Assembly: GCF_963921235.1 (NCBI RefSeq)
Contig: NC_086097.1
Coordinates: forward strand, 237,214,001-237,278,000
Origin: Mobula hypostoma
Lineage: Eukaryota
DNA: 64,000 nt
Direction: 5' to 3'
The position numbers and the translations under genes were made by a program. How positions within the stretch are numbered: position 1 is the first letter of the stretch; every line of letters begins with the position of its first letter. The notes under the pieces were generated by a model, which was not told where the DNA came from, ran no database searches, and saw only the letters and a list, made by a program, of their open reading frames with translations. This document shows positions 53,526 through 64,000 of the stretch, piece by piece.

Positions 53526-54956
53526 TATTAAAATATAAAAGATATAACATTACAGCATAGTACAGATCCTTCGGCTCACAATACCTTTTAACCTATTCTA
53601 AGATCAGTCTAAACCTTCCCTCCTACATTGCCCTCCATGGATCATCCATGTGTCTATTTAAGAGTTTCTTCAATATATCTGCTTCTACCACAACTCCTGG
53701 CAAAACATTTCACACAGCCTCCACTCTCTGTGTAAAGAACTTGCCTAATCACCTCACCCCATTCTTTCCTCCAGTCACCTTGATATTACATCCCCCTGTA
53801 TTTATTAATTCTGCCTCAGGTAAAAGCCTCTGGCTATCCACTTGTTCTAAATCTCTTATCATCTTGTACACCTCTATCAGTCAACTCTCATCCTCAATCC
53901 ATTACTGATGTCTTTTTTCAGCCAATTTTTCTCATTGGCTCCCTTTCTACAGTCTGGATAGACACAAAGTCAAGTTAAGTAAGAGGGGTGGAATATTTTA
54001 GGTAGGGAGCCCTGAAGTACAAGTTGTCCACATGATGGTGTGTTTTAACTCCACATTTGTTCCTAAGTAGTTCATCCTAACCATCCCAGCCCAATTTCTC
54101 TGGGGAGAGAGTAGATCTTTTCTTGGGAAATACAGGTTCAGCCACATGAGGATAAACCATGGCATCAGCTGGACCATAAATCTTCAAAATGACTAATACT
54201 TAGGGGATTAATTTTAAGGTGATTGGAGGAAAGTATAGGGAGGATGTCTGAGGTAAGTTTTTTTACACAAAGACTGGTGAGTGCATGGTACGCCCTGCCA
54301 GGGGTGGTGTTAGAGGCAAATACATTACGAGCATTTAAGAAACTCACAGAAAGAGAAAAATGGAGGGTTATGTAGGAGGAAAAGATTAAATTGATCTTAG
54401 AATAAGTTAAAAGGTCATTATGATATCATGGGTCAAAGGACCTGTACTGTGCTGGTTCTATGGTCTAAATAAATAGCGCCTGGCATCAAATCAGCAATGC
54501 ATACTGTTGGTAGGTGGTGAGTGTCGAATGCCTTAACAAATTTAGTATCCAAAGTACCAATGCACCTACGTACACATACCACAGGGAGTAACTCAGAGTT
54601 CCATTGGTAAGGTTATATGTCAATGATTTGAATGATGGAATTGATGGCTTTGTGGCCAGGTTTGCAGATGATATGAAGACAGCTGGAGACATAGGTAAAG
54701 TTGAGGAAGCAGGGAGTCTGTAGAAGGACTGAGACAAGTTAGGAGAATGGGCATAGAAGTAGCAGATGGAATATAGTGAAGGGAAGTATGTGTTGTCAGG
54801 CATTTTGCGAGAACAGCTAAACAGTTGTGGAGGCCAAGTCATTGGGTATAATTAAAGTGGAGGTTGATAGGATCTTGATTAGTCAGGGCGTCAAAGATTA
54901 CAGGGAGAAGGCAGGAGAATGGGTTGAGAAGGATAATAAATCAGCTATGATTGAAT

Positions 54957-55261
54957 AGTTGTCACATGGCCAAGTGGTTAAGGCGTCGGTCTAATGATCT
55001 GAACGTCGCTAGTTTGAGTTTCAGCTGAGGCAACATGTTGTGTCCTTGAGCAAGGCACTTAACCACACATTGCTCTGCGACGACACCAGTGCCGAGCTGT
55101 ATCGGCCCTAGTGCCCTTCCCTTGGACAACATCGGTGGCGTGGAGAGGGGAGACCTGCAGCATGGGCAACTGCTGGTCTTCCATAGAACCTTGCCCAGGC
55201 CTGCACCCTGGAAACCTTCCAAGGCACAAAACCATGGTCTCACGAGACTAACGGATGCCTA
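54957..55261 (+). mobile_element. tRNA-derived SINE with an RTE-type tail (uninterrupted copy of 10437-10986), inserted in a CR1 3' UTR
   Basis: TGGCCAAGTGGTTAAGGCG head. 11-bp TSD TATGATTGAAT (54946-54956 and 55262-55272). Confidence 0.9.
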
Positions 55262-55494
55262 TATGATTGAATGTGGAACAGAATCAATGGGCTGGATGGC
55301 TTCATTCTGCTCCTGTTATGGTCTATATTGAAGTCCCTTTTCTCACTATGTATGTGGGACTTGGCATAACATGAAAATTTTGTTTAACACATTTCTCTAC
55401 ATTACAATAATGCACATCAAAATTGATTGTTATATGCTTTAGAATAATCTCAGATCATTAACAATTATGTCCAAAATTGAGTTAACAACTTCAT

Positions 55495-55890
55495 TGTCTT
55501 ACAGCACCTTTGGTGACCTCGTGTCATCCCATGGGACTTTAAAGACAATGAACAGTCACTGTTTGATGTAAGAAATGAAACTGCCAATTTGTACAGAGGC
55601 TACTCCCAAAAAAAAGTGTAATTGTTATAAATTAATCTGCCTTTTCTGATGTTAAATGAGTGATAAAGATTCAACATCTTCTCTGTTCTTCTGAAATTTA
55701 ATGCCTTGAGGCTTTTTTGGAATCATCTAATATAGTGGCTAGAACACTGGTTTGTAGTTCCTCTGGCAATAAAGTACTCCTTCAGTGCAAATTTAAAAAC
55801 TCAATCTGGATTGTTTGCACACAAATGTAAGACATAAACCCAACATTTCTATCAAGGAGGTGAAAATGTTACCAACTGATGCACAGTTGC
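55495..55890 (-). mobile_element. Ancient Deu-domain SINE (AmnSINE/SacSINE-like) remnant
   Basis: Collinear degenerate matches to the recalled Deu-SINE consensus: cagtcactgtt..atgta.gaaa...gccaatttg...taatctg...tgatgtt...tcttc.gaaat...tactcc.tcagt...aaccca. Confidence 0.55.
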
Positions 55891-56149
55891 TTCTTCTGAC
55901 TGACTCACTGTGAATAAAGCCAAGTGAACCAGCTTGTATAATCCACCAAAATTTACAATTCAAGTTGTCACTTCAATGTAGATCTCCTGATGAGTTTCTT
56001 AACAATGCAAAGGTTTCTGAAATGAAGTTTTGTACCTTGTTGATACATTTCAGTTCCCAATATCCTTCCCTGCAGATTACTGCCTTTCAATGAGCAATGT
56101 GGACTGCCCCAGGCTGAGGCTAGATCAGTTGATTGAAGAATTAAATTCT

Positions 56150-56772
56150 GTGGGTGACAAATCAGCATATAGGAGAGAGATTGACTCTCCATCTGAGCAA
56201 TGCCACAACAACCACCTTTCACTCACTGTCAGCAAGCCCAAGGAGCTGATTATTGACTTCAGGAGGAGGAAACCAGAGGTCTATGAGCCAGTCCTCATCG
56301 GAGGATCAGAAGCAGAGAGGGTCAGCAACTTTAAATTCCTCAATGTTTTCATTTCAGAGGACCCGTCCTGGGCCCAGCATTTAAGTGAAATTACAAAGAA
56401 AGCACGGCAGTTCTGAAGTTTGTGAGGACTCGGCCTGGCATCTAATACCTTGTCGAACTTCTACAGGTGTGTAATGGAGAGCATGTTGACAGGCTGCATC
56501 ACAGACTGATATGGAAATATCAATGCCCTTGAATGGAAAATCCTATAAAAAGCAGTGGATATAGCCCAGTCCATCACGGATAAAGACCTCCGCTCCACAG
56601 GAAAGCTACTACAGGAAAGCAACATCCATCATCAGGGACCCCCACCACCCAGGTCATGCTCTCTTCTCATACTGTTGCCATCAGGATGGAGGTACAGGTG
56701 CCTCACGACCCATACCACCAGGTTTAGGAACAGTCATTAACCCTCAGCCATCAGGTTCTTGAGCCAATAGGG
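56150..56772 (+). mobile_element. Rex1/Babar LINE 3' remnant
   Basis: ORF 56030..56416 contains SAYRREI...CHNNHLSL.VSK.KELIIDFRR...ERVSNFKFL...ISEDPSW..H...ITKKARQ. Confidence 0.85.
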
Positions 56773-57120
56773 ATAAGACCATAAGTTGTAGGAGCCACTT
56801 GCCCCATTGAGTCTGTCCCCCCATTTCATCATGGCTGATCTATTTTCCCTCCGCCCCTGTATCCCGCCTTTTCCCCATATACCTTCATGCCCTGACCAAT
56901 CAAGAATCTATCAACCTCTGCCTTAAATATACCCAGAGACCTGGGTTCCATAGTGCTTATGGCAACAAATTCTACAGATTGACCATTCTCTGGCTAAAGA
57001 AATTCCTCCCCATCTTCATTCTAAAAAGACACTCCTCTATTCTGAGGCTGTGTTCTCGGGTCCTAAACTTTCCCACCATAGGAAACATCCTCTCCACATC
57101 TGCTCTATCAAGGACTTTCA

Positions 57121-58755
57121 ACCATAGAACCATAGAAACTACAGCACAGAAACAGGCCTTTTGGCCCTTCTTGGCTGTGCCGAACCATTTTCTGCCTAGT
57201 CCCACTGACCTGCACACGGACCATATCCCTCCATATACCTGTCCAATTTATTCTTAAATGTTAAAAAAGAACCCGCATTTACCACCTCGTCTGGCAGCTC
57301 ATTCCATACTCCTACCACTCTCTGTGTGAAGAAGCCCCCCCTAATGTTCCCTTTAAACTTTTCCCCCCTCACCCTTAACCCATGTCCTCTGGTTGTTTTC
57401 TCCCCTTGCCTCAGTGGAAAAAGCCTGCTTGCATTCACTCTATCTATACCCATCATAATTTTATATACCTCTATCAAATCTCCCCTCATTCTTCTACGCT
57501 CCAGGGAATAAAGTCCTAACCTATTCAACCTTTCCCTGTAACTGAGTTTCTCAAGTCCCGGCAACAACCTTGTAAACCTTCTCTGTACCCTTTCAACCTT
57601 ATTTATATCCTTCCTGTAATTTGGTGACCAAAACTGAACACAATACTCCAGATTCGGCCTCACCAATGCCTTATACAACCTCATCATAACATTCCAGCTC
57701 TTATACTCAATACTTTAATTAATAAAGGCCAATGTACCAAAAGCTCTCTTTACGACCCTATCTACCTGTGATGTCACTTTTAGGGAATTTTGTATCTGTA
57801 TTCCCAGATCCCTCTGTTCCACTGCACTCCTCAGTGCCTTACCATTAACCCTGTATGTTCTACGTTGATTTGTCCTTCCAACGTGCAATACCTCACACTT
57901 GTCTGTATTAAACTCCATCTGCCATTTTTCAGCCCATTTTTCCAGCTGGTCCAAGTCCCTCTGCAGGCTCTGAAAACCTTCCTCACTGTCCACTACACCT
58001 CCAATCTTTGTATCATCAGCAAATTTGCTGATCCAATTTACCACATTATCATCCAGATCATTGATATAGATGACAAATAACAATGGACCCAGCACTGATC
58101 CCTGTGGCACACCACTAGTCACAGGCCTCCACTCAGAGAAGCAATTCTCTACCACCACTCTCTGGCTTCTTCCATTGAGCCAATGTCTGATCCAATTTAC
58201 CACCTCTCCATGTATACCTAGTGACTGAATTTTCCTAACTAACCTCCCATGCGGGACCTTGTCAAAGGCCTTACTGGAGTCCATGTAGACAATATCCACT
58301 GCCTCCCCTTCATCCACTTTCCTGGTAACCTCCTCGAAAAACTCCAATAGATTGGTCAAACATGACCTGCCACGCACAAAGCCATGTTGACTCTCCCTAA
58401 TAAGTCCCTGTCTATCCAAATGCTTGTAGATTCTGTCTCTTCGTACTCCCTCCAATAACTTACCTACTACCGACGTTAAACTCACCGGCCTATAATTTCC
58501 CGGATTACTTTTCGATCCTTTTTTAAACAACGGAACAACATGAGCCACTCTCCAATCCTCCGGCACCTCACCTGTAGACAGCGACATTTCAAATATTTCT
58601 GCCAGGGCCCCTGCAATTTCAACACCAGTCTCCTTCAAGGTCCGAGGGAACACCCTGTCAGGTCCCGGGGATTTATCCACTTTAATTTTGCTCAAGACAG
58701 CACGGACCTCCTCCTTTTCGATCTGTACAGTTTCCATGATCTCACTACTTGGTTC
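57121..58755 (-). mobile_element. CR1 LINE (RT) nested in an older CR1
   Basis: ORFs 57715..58767 and 57196..57687 carry RT motifs. TTCAAC occurs at both junctions. Host CR1 pieces lie at ~56775-57120, 58756-59288 and 60101-60538. Confidence 0.93.
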
Positions 58756-59288
58756 TTCAACATTCAATCGGTTTCAGTGAGATTTCCTTTCATTCTTCTG
58801 AATTCCAGTGAATTTTGTCTCCATTTAGATAATAGTCTACCCTTTTATTTCTTCTACCGAAGTGCATGACCATACACTTCCTGACATTGCCTTCCATCTA
58901 CCACATCTTTGCCCATTTTCCTAATCTGTCTAAGCCCTTCTGTAGCCTCTCTACTTCCTCAGAACTACCTGCTCCTCCACCTATCTTCGTATCATCCACA
59001 AACTTTGCATCAAAGCCATCAATTCTGTCATCCTAATCATGAACTTATAAAATAAAATGAAGCAGTGCCAACACAGATTCCTGCAATCACAACTAGTCAC
59101 CAGCAGCCAAGCAGAAAAGGCTCCCTTTATTCCCAATCGTTGCCTTCTGCCAATCAGCCACTGCTTTATCCATGCTAGTATCGTTCCTGTCATATCATGG
59201 GCTTTTAACTTGTTCAGCAGCCTCGTGTGTGGCACCATGTGAAAGGCCTTCTGAGAATCAAAGGAAGCAACATCCATTAATTCACCTT

Positions 59289-60100
59289 TGTTGACCATTC
59301 ATTAGCAGAACTAGGTTAGTTCTCATAACTAATCAAAGCTCGCACTTTATTGTCTCTGCACAAACAACAAGGTAGCTATGTTGACCCCGGGCCAACAGCC
59401 TAGAACATCAATTCTACTGTTCCCTCTGTACCAATACTCACTCAGGCAACTTGTCCAATTTATAACAACGAAATAGGGGATCTCCGTTGGGCAGACAATC
59501 GATATTTTCTTCTCCCAGCCCCTGGCGTGGGAGTTCTTCCTTGCGATGGTGGGTCTTTTGAGAGAGTTAATGCTGATAGCACCACTGAAGTGTCCTTTTT
59601 ATATTCATTCCTAACCAATTCAAATATTGCACTCCAGTGTCATAGGCTGTGGGTAATGTGTCTGACCTTTAACACTTTTTATTGCTGCTCCAGGCCAACA
59701 TCTATTTACTGCCCTCTCCCCAGCAAGTGACAATTGGTAATTTATGGCTCTTTGTTCTCTTCAGTAACCAGCTCGAATCACTCCAGGCAGGCACGGACAC
59801 CAACATTCACACACCTGCATTTTATATTATATCAAAATCACCTCACAAATTACTTCTTGTTTGGAAATTATCTCTAGTCCAGCAGATTACCTGAAGCAAC
59901 ATTGTTTTTACTTTAAAACACAGAAAGCGAAGCAACTCCATCTCACAAAGTAGAGGATGTAAAACAGTTCCACAAAATGGCAGCCTCCATCTCGAAGCAC
60001 ATGGCAGGATCAAAAGCAATTAATCTGTATGCTTCCACATTCCTTGACCCATTTCAGTTCGACATTTTTTCCACATTTTAAACCCACCATGGCCAAAACA
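59289..60100 (-). mobile_element. Candidate solo LTR splitting the older CR1 RT region
   Basis: The CR1 frame stops at ...EITIWID (60101) and resumes at KGELMDV (59288). The insert has TGTT...AACA ends, with TATAAAA (~59600) and AATAAA (~59350) on the minus strand. Confidence 0.6.
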
Positions 60101-61689
60101 TTGGTCTATCCAAATTGTTATTTCTTTAAAGAATTCCAACAGATTTGTCAGGCAAGAATTTCCCTTGAGGAAACCATATTGACCATGGCCTATTTTGTCA
60201 TGTGCCTCCAAGTACCCTGAAACCACATCCTTATCAATCGACTCCAACATCTTCCCAGCCACTGAGATCAGACTAACTGGCTTATAATTTCCTTTCTTCT
60301 GTCTCTCTCCCTTCTTGAAGAGTAGAATGACCTTTTCAATTTTCCAATCTTCCGGAAGCATTCCAGAAACTAGTGATTCTTGAAAGATCATTAATAATGC
60401 CTCCACAATCTCTTCAGCCACCTCTTTCAGAACCCTGGGGTATACACCATCTGGTCCAGGTGACTTACCTTCCTTCAGACCTTTCCGTTTCCCAAGAACC
60501 TTCTCGCTAGTAATAACGACTTCATACACTTCTGACATTCTGTGCTGTAGTGCTCTATGACTGTATAACCAGGGATAGGAGGGGAGAGTTAATACAGTTG
60601 AAACAAACAGCCCAAGATAAAGCTCAGAGAGGTGTTCAAGAGAGATCAGAGGGAGTCATGGGTGAATAGAAATGAGAAAGGGAAGAGGATTAGGAGTCTA
60701 GGAAAGATCAGTTGCAACAAAGTGTGCAACAAGACAGTGGTAAGTGAAAAGCAGCATAACCAGCCTCTTTATAACACGGTTTGTGGTCGAGCAGGAAAAG
60801 CTTGTGTTCCCTCCTGGCCCAATATAAAAACCTGTAAACCTGCCATTATGCTTTCTGATGGCTATCATCTCTATGTGTGGAGGAATTTGGCCAGCTGGGT
60901 CAGATAAATACTTTTGCGAGACTATAGAATTGTGTGTCTGAATTGCTTAATGCCTGGATCAGAAAATCCTGGTGATGCCCTTTTGCTGACTGCTGTAGAC
61001 GTAAGACTATGTGATGTTGTCCTCTAGCCTACAGCTGTACATCACAAGGCTACGTGACTTAGGTATTTTTCCCTCAAGCTCACTTATCAAATACGGAAAT
61101 GTTGAACAAACCCCACCCATTAGAATCAACCATAAAAAGGCTGTGTGTACTGATTGTAAGTGCTCACCGGAACGGCAGCTCTCTGTGTCAGGTAAGTAAT
61201 TAGTCTCCTAACGAATACCTGGGTCTGAGTCTTGTGTGGGAACGGGAATTCACTAACACTATGAAACTGAAATAAAAGCTTTGGCAGCACTGTGCAGGAG
61301 CAGAATGAGAAGCCACTGAAAGTTTTTTGTTGGCTACGATTGGATAAATAAAGTAATTGTCAAATGCAGAAAGTGTGGTCTCACTTAGGAAATCATTTAT
61401 GAGGAGATATTGGAAGAAGACAGGAGCGTCATTTTTGTAAAACCTACAGAATAGTTAAACATTATACAAAGTATGCTATGCAGCGGCGATCCAATGTATC
61501 TACTCCTGGTAACTGACCCTATCGACCTCCTTCTACTTTTCATTACATAAACCTATTTAGCACAACTTTCCATTCTTTTCTTCCATATTGGTTCATTAAA
61601 TTTCCACATATTTCTGTTATTTTCCCCAAAAATTATTGTGATAGTATTGTGTATTTTATATATCAGTAGTATTTGATCTATCCACATTA

Positions 61690-62220
61690 TCATAGAGTCA
61701 TTGAGAAGTACAGCAAAGAAACAGGCCTTTCAGCCCATCTAGTCCATGCCAAAAGCATTTAAATTGTTTACTCCCATTAACCTGCACTGGGACCATAGCC
61801 TTCCATACCCCTACCATATATGTATCTATCCAAACTTCGCTTAATTTCGCTTAAATTGAGCTCGCCTGCACTACCAGGATTTTCTGCTGATCCAGGCATT
61901 AAGCAATCCAGACACACAATTCTATAGCCTCGCAAAAGTATTTACACACTCCCACGACCCTCTGAGCGAAGAGGTTTTCCTTCATGTTCCCCTTAAACTG
62001 TTCATCTTCCACCCTTAACCCATGTCCTCTGCTTATAATCCCACCCAACCTCAATGGAAAAAGCTTGCTTGCATTTACCCTATCTATACCCCTCATAATT
62101 TTGTATATCTCTAACAAATCTCCCCTCAACCTTCTGAGTTCTAAAAAAATAAAGTCCTAACCTATCCAGTCTTTCCTTATAACTCAGGTCCTCTGGACCC
62201 AGCAGCATCCTTGTAAATGT
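61690..62220 (-). mobile_element. CR1 3' fragment containing a foreign ~70-bp insert
   Basis: ORF 61899..62129 begins RGDLLEIYKIMRGIDRVNASKLFP. Confidence 0.85.
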
Positions 62221-62855
62221 TATCACAATCATCACAATGTTCAATTACTGGTACTCAATTATAGAAAGCATATGCAACTATTTAATGGCCAGTTCAATTA
62301 CTTTTCATCTTTCCATTTATATGCTCAGTTTACAAATCTGGTATCATCTGAAATGTGAAGCTTTTCATTTTGCCATTGTCTAAACTGGCCAGATGACTGT
62401 ATGCCTTGACTGTAATCAATATGTTAATTGTGAATAACCCATTTAATTGACTCATTTTTTGTCAATATGTGAACTTGACTCATCAAGGCACAAAGCTGTG
62501 TGCCAAATAATTTACATTCAATTCAACAGATCTAAAGTATTCCAACATTTTATTTATTTCTGGAAAGAATAGATATAAAAGTCCTTTGAAGGATTTTTAA
62601 GTGATTGACTATAATCAACAAATCCAATCAAATTATTGACAAAAGTAATTAAAAACCAGAATATATGACTGGAAGATGAAAGCTCTGCACTTAACTTGTT
62701 TGGATCTATTCCTTCAGCCTCCAAAAATTTGATCAGATGAAACCTCCTGTTGCGCATCTCCTGTTCCTTGAGCCCACTGTTATTAAAATGCAGCATCTTA
62801 TTAACTTTTGATGAATTATATTTTAAACCCTGACCTCATCTTTAGATAACCTCAG

Positions 62856-63245
62856 TGTCATGGTCCCTTCTAGCAATCCCCCACCTTGCCATTCATCTCA
62901 GCAATTGGGCTCAATCACCTCATTTAATTTCCAATCATTCCCAGGTTCCACTAACTACACACACCTGCTTCCCATCAGAAACTGCAAGATAAAGATCCTG
63001 TGATCACAACTAGGAGCTGCCAGTTCGTTGGTTGACTGTGTATGAGTAACCTTGTTCCATGGTTCTTAGGACTATCAGTTCCAAACCTAACATTTTTTCC
63101 TGAATTCTCTACTAAAACTAAGACTCTGGGTAAAGACTCTCTTGGACACCAATTCCACGCTCGTTACGACCGTAATGACTCCCGACGAGGCCTCTGTGCC
63201 CGTGTTCAGCACTTGGGTTCGTTCCACTGCCACATTCTTGCAACA
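62856..63245 (+). mobile_element. Solo LTR
   Basis: TGTCA...CAACA termini. 5-bp TSD CTCAG/CTTAG (one mismatch). Confidence 0.65.
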
Positions 63246-63529
63246 CTTAGCCTATCTGAACTACAGTTCCATAATTCCTTGAAAGTGGCATCACAGGTAG
63301 ATAGGGTCACTTAGTGAATATTGGAGAGCAGCATTGATGGGAGAGGCCAGACTCCAACCCAGCACCACAGCACCTCCAATGTCTCCTTCCCTAAGTGGCT
63401 GCAACAGGCAACCCCGCGGCACGAGGCCCTGGTCCACAGTGCAGGATTCCACATTATAGAAATGAAAATTGTTGTTGATCATAGTAATTGTAAATAGGTG
63501 TAAGGCATGAGAACAGCTACATTTGGAAT

Positions 63530-63785
63530 TTTATTTTATTATTTTGTACTTAGAGATACGAGATCATCTGGTCCAATGACCCATTCCTCCCATTTACATA
63601 CTTGACCAACTAACCTACTTACCAGTACACCGTTAGAATGTGGGAGGAAACTGGAGCACCAGGAGGAAACCTACATGGCCATGGAAAGGACATACAAGAG
63701 TCCTTACAGGCATCAGTGGGATAGAACCTGGATCGCTGATGCTGTAATAGCGTTATTCCAACCGCTCTGCGACCTTGCTGCCCCA
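63530..63785 (-). mobile_element. Degenerate V-SINE-like SINE
   Basis: Minus strand reads AGGTTTCCTCCTGGTGCTCCAGTTTCCTCCCACATTC...TAGGTTAGTTGGTC. Confidence 0.7.
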
Positions 63786-64000
63786 ATTTCATCTGAAAAG
63801 TTCGTTTCATAAGACCATAGAATCTGAATCATTAGTTGTTTATCAAAATTAATGTGCACCTATTGGTTACAAAGAAAATTACCTCCTTGGATCCAATTAT
63901 CCAAAGAAAGTTACAACAAATTCTCTATAATCAATTTCCCTTTCAAGACAGAATGCTGAGAAAGTGAAGAGTTTCTGCCGAAATCTATCTCTTCTATAGA

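Noticed and set aside
41254..64000. Expected upstream CSMD3 Sushi exon (CFDPG-type start)
   Set aside because: Not found by eye. The GATCCAGG near 60955 does not extend into a Sushi frame, so the exon probably lies beyond the window, though I could have missed it.

Overview
Eukaryotic (vertebrate) genomic DNA. The repeat set (CR1 LINEs, V-SINEs, Penelope-like elements) suggests a cartilaginous fish, but this is inference. The window lies inside a large minus-strand gene. Five phase-compatible GT-AG exons (41137-41253, 26107-26220, 20389-20484, 17217-17420, 1770-1894) splice into a continuous CUB-Sushi-CUB peptide that I recognise as CSMD3. The introns are filled with mobile elements: many CR1 LINEs (two near-identical young copies), two families of GIY-YIG Penelope-like elements (PLEs), RTE and Rex1/Babar fragments, tRNA-derived SINEs, Tigger/Tc1/hAT remnants and solo LTRs. 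Highlights: minimal hammerhead-ribozyme motifs in both PLE families, some sense to the CSMD3 pre-mRNA; a SINE sharing its 3' tail with an RTE LINE in the same window; a bipartite RTE-derived non-autonomous element; an unexplained ~185-bp diverged direct repeat at both ends of one intron; near-identical inverted CR1 tails flanking three in-frame exons; and a ~70-bp inverted templated insertion. I found no wholly new protein-coding system. Repeat boundaries without a stated target-site duplication (TSD) are approximate, and all similarity judgements were made by eye.
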